Shown here piece by piece: positions 56,001-64,000 of a DNA stretch of 64,000 bases. The stretch's first letter is position 1. Every line of letters begins with the position of its first letter. The position numbers were made by a program, and so were the translations under genes. Under the pieces are notes generated by a model. The model was given only the letters and a program-made list of their open reading frames with translations. It was not told the DNA's origin and searched no databases. The stretch is from Yuukianura sp. NJ FZ-2021 (lineage: Eukaryota), in the NCBI GenBank assembly GCA_046563655.1, contig CM102286.1, positions 6,634,001-6,698,000 of the forward strand, read 5' to 3'.

Positions 56001-59000
56001 AACGTTAAGCTTTCTCCCAGCCTCCATGAAGTTTTGAGGTATCCATGGGTTTTCAGCCTTGCAGGTTATAAGGGCTTCATGGTCTGACGCCTCAGGCACA
56101 AATGGAATTGTGTAAGTTGACGCATGCTCATCTCCTTTCTAAGAATTGTTTTCAACAATTTTTTATTAGAAAAAAATAAAAACAAAATTTTCAAAATTAT
56201 TCGGGTATTTTTAATGTTTGCTGGTGTTAAAAGTTTTAGGAAGATTGGAGGCACCAGGAATGCATGGTAAACGGATTTTGAGGTAGTGATAGTGAAGTAG
56301 GCTTTTCTACCCGAATTTCATTTAAAAGGACATGGGTTGCCCTAAATAAATTTTCCGAAGTGAAAGGAAACAAAGTTTCTGCTACCACACGACCAAAAAA
56401 CAATCCTAAATATGGATTTTTTGAAATTGGACAAAAATTGTGAGCGTAACACTGATAGCAATAAAAGACAACATATGTAAGTCGAAAACCATAAGGTTGT
56501 CACTTCCAGTTTTCGATAAGTAAACCTCAACAACCAATCTTTACACTTTCGTAGTACACTCCATGTTCACCGAATATTTTCTCAAAGTGAAGTTTGGGAA
56601 AAAGGCTCTAAAGTGAGTAATGCATTGTTTGTCGTAAAAGTAAAGCTTTCAATGATTTCGAATGGAATGGAGAAACCAGCTACTGCAGAGGATGAGCAGA
56701 ATAGGAAATGGGCTTTTGAGAAAATGCTTTATGTTCTTTATTTGGCTGAGGACCATCCCGCTTTCTCCCGTCCAGAATACACAATACACGGAGGAAATCT
56801 CTGCAGGGAAGGAGGGGGCTTGAGCGGAGGCTGCCTCGGGTAACCTCTTCACCTTTTTTATGCAGCAGTAAGCACGCAAACAACAAAAGTCGTTTCGCCA
56901 CAGCCTCTCCGGACGCCCTTTGAACCCACTTCCGCCGAAAATGAAGGAGATTCAACGGAAAGGGGAGGAAGGTGCGAGGGAAAATTGGTTTATGATGGAA
57001 GAATAAGGTGGGGAGCCAAGTGAAAGTGTTTTGGCATTGGCCCTGTGTTTGCATATATGTAAGCTTCAATGATTACACTTTGATAGCTGCCACCAATTCT
57101 GTCCTGGAGTTTCCAAAATTCCACTTTGACGGCGGGATAAGCCCCTCTGGTCCGACATGTGAGATTGTACTGAACTCCCGCTGTCATCTGATCTGGGGCA
57201 TCCACTTCAATATGCTTCACTCTCGCTGCAAGTTATTTTCAAAAACTGGTTTTTCAGAAATAAACAAGATTTCAATGGCAGTTCGGATATAGGCGTCAGA
57301 TCTGATAGGCATGAGGGAACGACAAAAATATAATCTGGCTCTGTGACTTCTACGCGTCGGAACCATTGTTCCAATTTTAGGCAAACTTGAAAATAAAAAC
57401 GCGCATGTGCTTTCGTACAAACTTGGAGCGTATTGTCAGGCAGAGTAAATTCGGCGTTGGAATGTTTTCTTTAACAAAATAGAAACAAAATTTTTTAAAA
57501 TTTAAAAAATTAAAAAAAAAACACCATTTTTTTCCTTCACAAAAAAAATACGGACAAGTTTTACACCCCTCTATCTTCAAGATTAGTTTTCGGGAACTTC
57601 ATTACTCCGAAGCATTAATTACCACTCTCGGCCGTTATTTATCAATTGGGTTATAAAAGTTGCGTTCCAGTGGGATAATGATAGAAACTTGAATGTAATT
57701 GAAGATGACACTTTTGCTCCTTTGTATATCACACCCAGGGAGTCAAATTGACTTGTGGAGATTACCAAATGTCACAGTTCATAGCGTCTAATCTCCAGTC
57801 AAGGAAGTAACTATCTATTTTAATCTACGCTTGCCGCCAGCAGGGAAAGTTTCTTTTCAAAGTTCGACTCCCTGAACGCCTAAGAAATTTAGTTACTTGA
57901 GTTTTGCTTTGGCTAAGTTTGCTACCACAAAATTAGAAAAAGGACTCACAGTACACGTCGACGTTGACTCGATGTGAGATTGGTTTGGTTTCGTTATTAT
58001 TGGAGGCTCGACAAGTGAACAAGTCATGACTGTGTGTTCGGTCCAAACTTACGATCACAAGTTCGTTTGCGACAGACTCATTTCCAGTCACAGAAAAACT
58101 CGCGTCAACCACTGACTCATTTCGATACCAAAGAACTTCTGGAAATGGCAGGCCTGTAAACAATTTTAAACAAACATTTCATAACCCTTTGTCAAATTCC
58201 GCAGAAACTATTCATAAACTACAGAAACTTTGTTGGATTTACGACACGACGTTTTGTTACAATGTGAATGTGAAATAAAAGTTTTCAAACATTTCACAAC
58301 TTTTTGAACAGTTGACGCTGGTTTGCATTGCGAGGCTATATTATTACTAGAATTAATTATTACTTTTGTATCCAACTCAATTCCAAAGATGATAAAATGT
58401 AGACTTAAGTTGAGTTTACGGCAGTATTTTGGAACATTAAACACACGAGTTTTGTTTTGTCACATCATTTGATTCAAAAAGGAAATCAAAAGGCGAGGAA
58501 ATAATTTGTTTTTGAAAAGGTTTTGGATGTAAAGGCTTTGTTGGCACTGACATGAATGAAACAAAGGGAAAGTCAAGTACTTCCTAAGGACATGGATGGG
58601 CTCAAGGAGGAGAGCATGAGATCATCCCAGAGTTTTCAAGTGGTCTTCTCAATTTTTCCTCGTTGTTCTTTTTCATGGAAAATGCGAAGCACGTTCAAAT
58701 AGAAGTGAGCAGTAGTGTCCTTACTACTGCTGAAGACTAAAATAATACAAAAACGGAAGAAGCAGAACGGAGAAAATAGGAGAAAGTGAGAGTGGAATGA
58801 AAAGAAGTGAGAATCCTCTCACTGCATTGCAGATTTCCCACTCAAACTTCATTGATATGAACATGACGCCCTTCTCTCAAATATCCTTTCTACAGTTATG
58901 GTGTTTCAATTATTTGCCAAGATTGGGGCTCTCTGGCGACAGTTCTCAGCCTGTTCCAATTTTCTCAATTGAGTCAAGGAATCAAAACCTTGTTTCAAGA

Positions 59001-60072
59001 AACACCATCATTATTCTAGAAAAGTTACATTAAAAATTCTTACCTCCAAATGCAGTACATAGGATGCTCACATTTTGTCCTTCTATATAAGGGCCCATGT
59101 ACGTTATTTCATTAGATGTAGCCCCTGGACTCCCAGCTCCAGACATCTCCTGATCGGAAATTGGGCCAGATTCTGACAGAGCCTGGATTTCAAGTCTCGT
59201 CGGTGGCTCTTAAAAACGAAGAACAAAAGTTAATTGAGCCTCATTTTTTTCTAAAGTTTATTTTTCATATAAATATCCCAGGAGATTGGCTCCCTGAGGA
59301 TCTTACGAATAACATGAAGACGGATGACATGGTTGGTGGTTGGGGAGTTTCTGTAGTCAATGCGACAGCGGTAAGAACCCGAGTCGGATGACTTTAAGTT
59401 CCGAATAAGTAGGGCAGGCGGACGACCCGAGGGAGATGACAACGTCTTAGATGGGACGCGGAAATGAAGTCGCAGACCTAACTCATTTCTCACTGGTGAA
59501 TGTCGTACTGGTTCAGTTTCATCACGGGCGTCAAAACTGCATGTACGAGAAACGATATTAGAAAGTTCAATTAACGGCGAACGCTAACTGTGGAAGATTG
59601 ATGGATTAGACACATCAAAGGAAATTTTCATTGTCGTTGAAAAAAATGTCTTTGCTTTCACTTTTAATGACAGGTTAGTGTCACTTATTGGTAATTGTGT
59701 AATAATTGGAATCAGTTGAAGGATTATTTTTTTAGATGTGTTAGATATACAGCAATTGTTAGCTTTTTTTTAATTCTAAAATTATGTTACGTGTAAATGG
59801 GTGTTCCGTTTGATTCCTTGAACCACAAAATCAAAGCGACATCGTCGGCAGGATTCACGTAACATGGAAGTTGACCAACAGTACCAGTGACACTTGTGAC
59901 TTCTTTCCCTGTCGAAGATGTCGCCCATGGTTAAGTAACTTTCTTTTTAACAACTTACAACTAACCTTGAGCTTGGTTACAATAATGTTCACTTACGTCT
60001 ATTCGAATACGAAAGAAGAGCAGAACGATGAACACAAAAAACCAAAATGAGAAATAATTTGCAGTGGTACAT
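50006..60072 (-). CDS. Second sidestep-like Ig receptor (signal peptide, 5 Ig, stalk, TM, very short tail; no FN3 exon found)
   Basis: Phase-compatible exons on -: 60072-59997 (MYHCKLFLILVFCV signal peptide), 59908-59791 (GQLPC...LILWFK), 59536-59307 (DSGSYRCRIDYRNSPT), 59208-59044, 58153-57950, 57225-57077, 56138-55997, 55427-55300, 54355-54196, 52257-51760 and 50259-50006 (TM). Ig intron positions and phases mirror the + gene. Confidence 0.85.
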
Positions 60073-63000
60073 AATGATAATTTCTTTCCTCCACATTTAG
60101 CATTTAACCAACCAATGTAATATTACACTTTGATGTTGAATTAACAATACTTCCTGAGGTTTTACAATCACTTCAAGGCACTCCACCGAATTCGTCTTCA
60201 TTGTGAGTACTACTTCTAGCTCCCGAAATCTTTGCATCTGCTTCAAAGACACTTTCTTTGCAGAATGAATGGCAGTCCTCAAAGGATTCCAGGGAAAATC
60301 TTACTACCGATTTCGTGTGTTCATAATTCTATTTTGGGATTTGCTGAGCGTTCTGCTTGTGGCGCTGCTTTTGGTTAAGAGCAAGTTGTTGACTCTTTTC
60401 TGGCTCCACAAACTTGTCGCCATCCTACTACTGTTAAAGTTTTTTTTATCTAAAAGTTGAATCTTGACTCGAATTCTTTGAAAGCGTGCAGGAATACTTG
60501 TCAATGTTGTCATCCCCTCTACATTACTTAGAAAAGACGCATGAAAACAAGCTTTTCCTTGGAACGGATCTTGAAAACACACAAAACAGTTTTTTTCTGT
60601 TACACTCTACTTCCTACTTGACAACGCAAGCGCTGTGGATAATTTTTAGAAAAGCGGAAATTTTAAACGAAATAATTATCACCTTAATGCTTTTTATCCG
60701 TAAAAATTTTTTGCCTTTTGGGATGTGTAATGTGATAGAATTGGGGAATTGCAAATAACTATTCAACCATACTACACACACACAATTTGGTGTTAACCCA
60801 AAGTCATGGCGTCAAAAACCTTGACTGAAGAGTGAAAGAACATGAGATGTTATTCCACAGATATGAAAATGGACAAGGAATTTTTTAAACTATTCGCTTC
60901 GATTCACGCTGGAAAGATATCAAATATTTGTAAAATGATGATTCTCCGAGAAATTTTTGAACCTAGCACAAGGGCGTTGATGGCGTTTGAATTTATCTGG
61001 ATTTTTGGAAATCTGCCAAGAAACACTTCCATAAATTAAAAAATATTCCCTCCCTACATCTTGCCAAATGAAGACCAATGGATTCCTGTGACATTATTGA
61101 TTGTCACCGTCCAACGTCTTATCCATGTCATCCTGGGATGATTTATTATGTTGCGTAGTCACTTGCACCTAAATTACCTGTTACTTTCTCTTTGTAGTGA
61201 TCATTTCTGGAGTGCCTTGCACAAAACAAAGGCAATACTAACAAGCAATGATTGTTTGCGAGAGATGCTCTGGTCTTTACAGTGCCTGGGCGTGTATTAA
61301 GAGTAGTTCTGTGTCGTGTTTCCCGCTTCCACGGTTTACCAAAACCATCCGTTCTTTCTTGGGTTTCATGTCAGAGTTTTCCACTTTTATGTTCCGCCTT
61401 ATTTCGAAATATTTGGCCCAAGACTACGATCCATTCAACTAAAGTTGTCACGCGCCTGGCAAAGTATGGCTCCAAAATAATGTCGGCTTGGGACAAATTG
61501 AATGCATTTTATCTGAATATCATACCTCACCTTCCTAAGTAGCGTCTTAAACTACAGTAGGGAAGTTATCACGATAATCCATGGCGATGTATTATATTAT
61601 ATTGGTTTCTCTTATTCGAAACACTAGATTTTAATTTGAGTTTACCATTTAAATTAATTCCTGGTTTTTAGAGAAAGTGAAACTCAATTTATTGCGAGCA
61701 GATTTCCTGCCTGATGAAAGCCTGCTTGCCTGTTCGACAAATCAATCCGATTTTTAATCATTCCGTTATGCTGTTTATGAGTCGCGAAGAGCAGTTCCGT
61801 GCAATTGGTTCGAATGAATTGCTTCTACGGTAAAAGTTTCTCTAAATTATCTGTAAAAACCTCACATTTACGAGCAAAGCTTCAGAAACAATTTTCCTTT
61901 AGAACCAATCATTTTAGAAGCTCCCGTTAGAAGGCGTGCTCCCACATTAGCTCAAACAAGCTTCAATTCATGCAGTGTTTGTTGGATACTAAACGCAAAT
62001 GCAAATAACCAAATGAAAAGTAGTAAGAAAGACCATCTAGCGGAAGGAAAGAATACATTTCCTAGATTTTGCTTTCTCCATGAAACGGAGGCGAAGGGAA
62101 AACTGGGATCGAATCCGACCGAAAGCTGCACACTTAAGTGCTCCATTCTAGATGGCAAGCAGAGCCGGACAATCCTATTATTATTGCCTTGCCTGACTAT
62201 CATGGTTAGTTAGGTTTGGGTAAAGGTATGGTTAGTTAACTCTGTATGAACTGAAGACATTACGGCATTATATTCCTGAGGAATGCCTCTCGTATTTAAA
62301 TCTCGAAAAAAAAATCTGATGCTTAAGTGGGACGCTTGCACTTTATGTGTATTTTCAGCAATATTTCTAACTCATTTTTTCTAATTATAATTTATTTTCA
62401 TAAATTCTAACTGGAATTTACTCCAGTACCTAACCTTTAATCTAGCTGAGTCTTTGACATGCAGCGGCATCTGAGTCTAATCTGGCGTTGAAATTCCCAT
62501 TTCATTTCGTTCATGACATACTTGTTTACTGGAAATTCTAAATACCGGCTGGCTGATATCACTTCCATTTTATGCTTATCTTATATCTATAATGTTTAAG
62601 TTCCGAAGAATTTGACTAAAAAGCTGGTTTTCACATTAGATGCATTGGCACTAGGAAACCATGATACATTTTGACATCGAAAAGCCCCAAGCGATATCTA
62701 AAAATCTAAGTACTTAATTTTATTAGGGACTGCAAGACAGGACTGCTTTATGGGTATGACTGTTTCGTTGTTAGATTTGATGCCGATGCCATTTCTTAAC
62801 TTGATCTTGCTTGGCTTTATTTGTCCAAGCATTTATTGCCTTCGGATCAGAAGTGAACATTTTTTCCCGATTCCAAATATCTTTGAGCGAAGGAGAAAGC
62901 AGAGGCGGTGTTTTACGAAGCCTCGCATTTTAGCCCAAAGGGAAATAATTTGTTCTTGATTCAAGTTGAGACAATAGCAACATCAAGAGGAATATTTTCG

Positions 63001-64000
63001 TTCTCTGTCCATCTTAACACTGCGAAGATATGTGCCTGCTTTTCTTTAATATAACTTAAACCTACACAGCCCTCGATCCCACGGCCTTGATCTCTTCTAC
63101 AGATTCCCCCCATTTTCATGTCCTGTGTTCCTCCACTTCCTTTACAGTTGACTTGAGAGGAGAGACTACAATATTATCTTCTAAGATGAGAAAAAAAGGA
63201 AACTGCCAACTTTCTCTTTCGCCTACCAAATGCTTTATTGCCTAATTCGACTTTCCTTCCTTTCGGAGCAAGCTATTTCCTCTTCGGGAATTTTTTCAGC
63301 CGTGCAGACAAGACATTTTCTCAATTATTACATTCCCTAAGCCCCTTGTTTCTCTTGATCAAACGGCAATTTCAAAACTTTCTCTTTCTGGATGTATTTC
63401 TGGCTTTTGGAAACTTTTGGAATAGCAAGACTCGAAGAAAAGGCTTCACGCAATAAGCTCCTAAACTTTAGACAAATCATGAGGACTGAAAATAAAAACA
63501 ACATGTTCCTTTGCCTGCCTAGAAGTAACCTACCATTCTAGAACTCATTATTGGCGATCGGCAAAAGTAGGATGGCTAATGTGAACTAATATAATGTAAA
63601 TTCAATTCCATTTCAAACTTCGTTTGAAACTTGTCAAGGGAGAAATTATAATGTTGCCTCTAAGGTGGAAACAGATTAGTACATTTGATCATTTCAATTG
63701 CAACGGAAACTGTTCATGAAAGATTCTATATTTAAAGACTTCTACATCAACGGGACCTTAGGGTATGATGTACATAGTAGGATAACGTTGTCAACAGTCT
63801 ATGGTGAACCTTTGAAATGTTTTGATTTGATGAATTTCTGATGTAGTGCAAGACTTTTAGTTCACTGTACCACACATTGCGCTTGTTTATGTCTTATGCC
63901 AATAAAATTTGATAAATAAATTTTTATTAATTTTTGGAAATATCTCTGAAACCGGAACGTTCAAATTTACTATCATCCTGTGACCGGGACTACCACGAAC

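Overview
Eukaryotic, AT-rich, intron-rich genomic DNA, most likely from an arthropod (sidestep-type Ig genes, TTAGG repeats). (1) A 3.2-kb non-autonomous LTR retroelement at 579-3756 with near-identical 574-bp LTRs and an ATAT TSD. (2) A multi-exon sidestep/nephrin-like Ig-superfamily receptor gene on + (8144-47140, 5' end not located). (3) In one intron of that gene, an apparently complete 16.8-kb Polinton/Maverick (adintovirus-type endogenous DNA virus) at 20953-37761 with AGTAGT...ACTACT ends, 54-bp TIRs and a GCACA TSD. It encodes pPolB, rve integrase, packaging ATPase, major and minor capsid proteins and an adenain-like protease. (4) A second, convergent, divergent sidestep-like paralog on - (60072-50006). 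The Polinton has several unusual features: seven spliceosomal introns confined to non-structural genes, two containing (TTAGG)n; a tRNA-like Pol III cassette folded into a 42-bp hairpin (possible VA-RNA/TMER analogue); mirror-image F-box genes at both ends; an intron-split Ulp1-like protease; and a shared Q-x-G-G / Q-x-G-x-G candidate cleavage motif. All calls are by eye, with no database searches.
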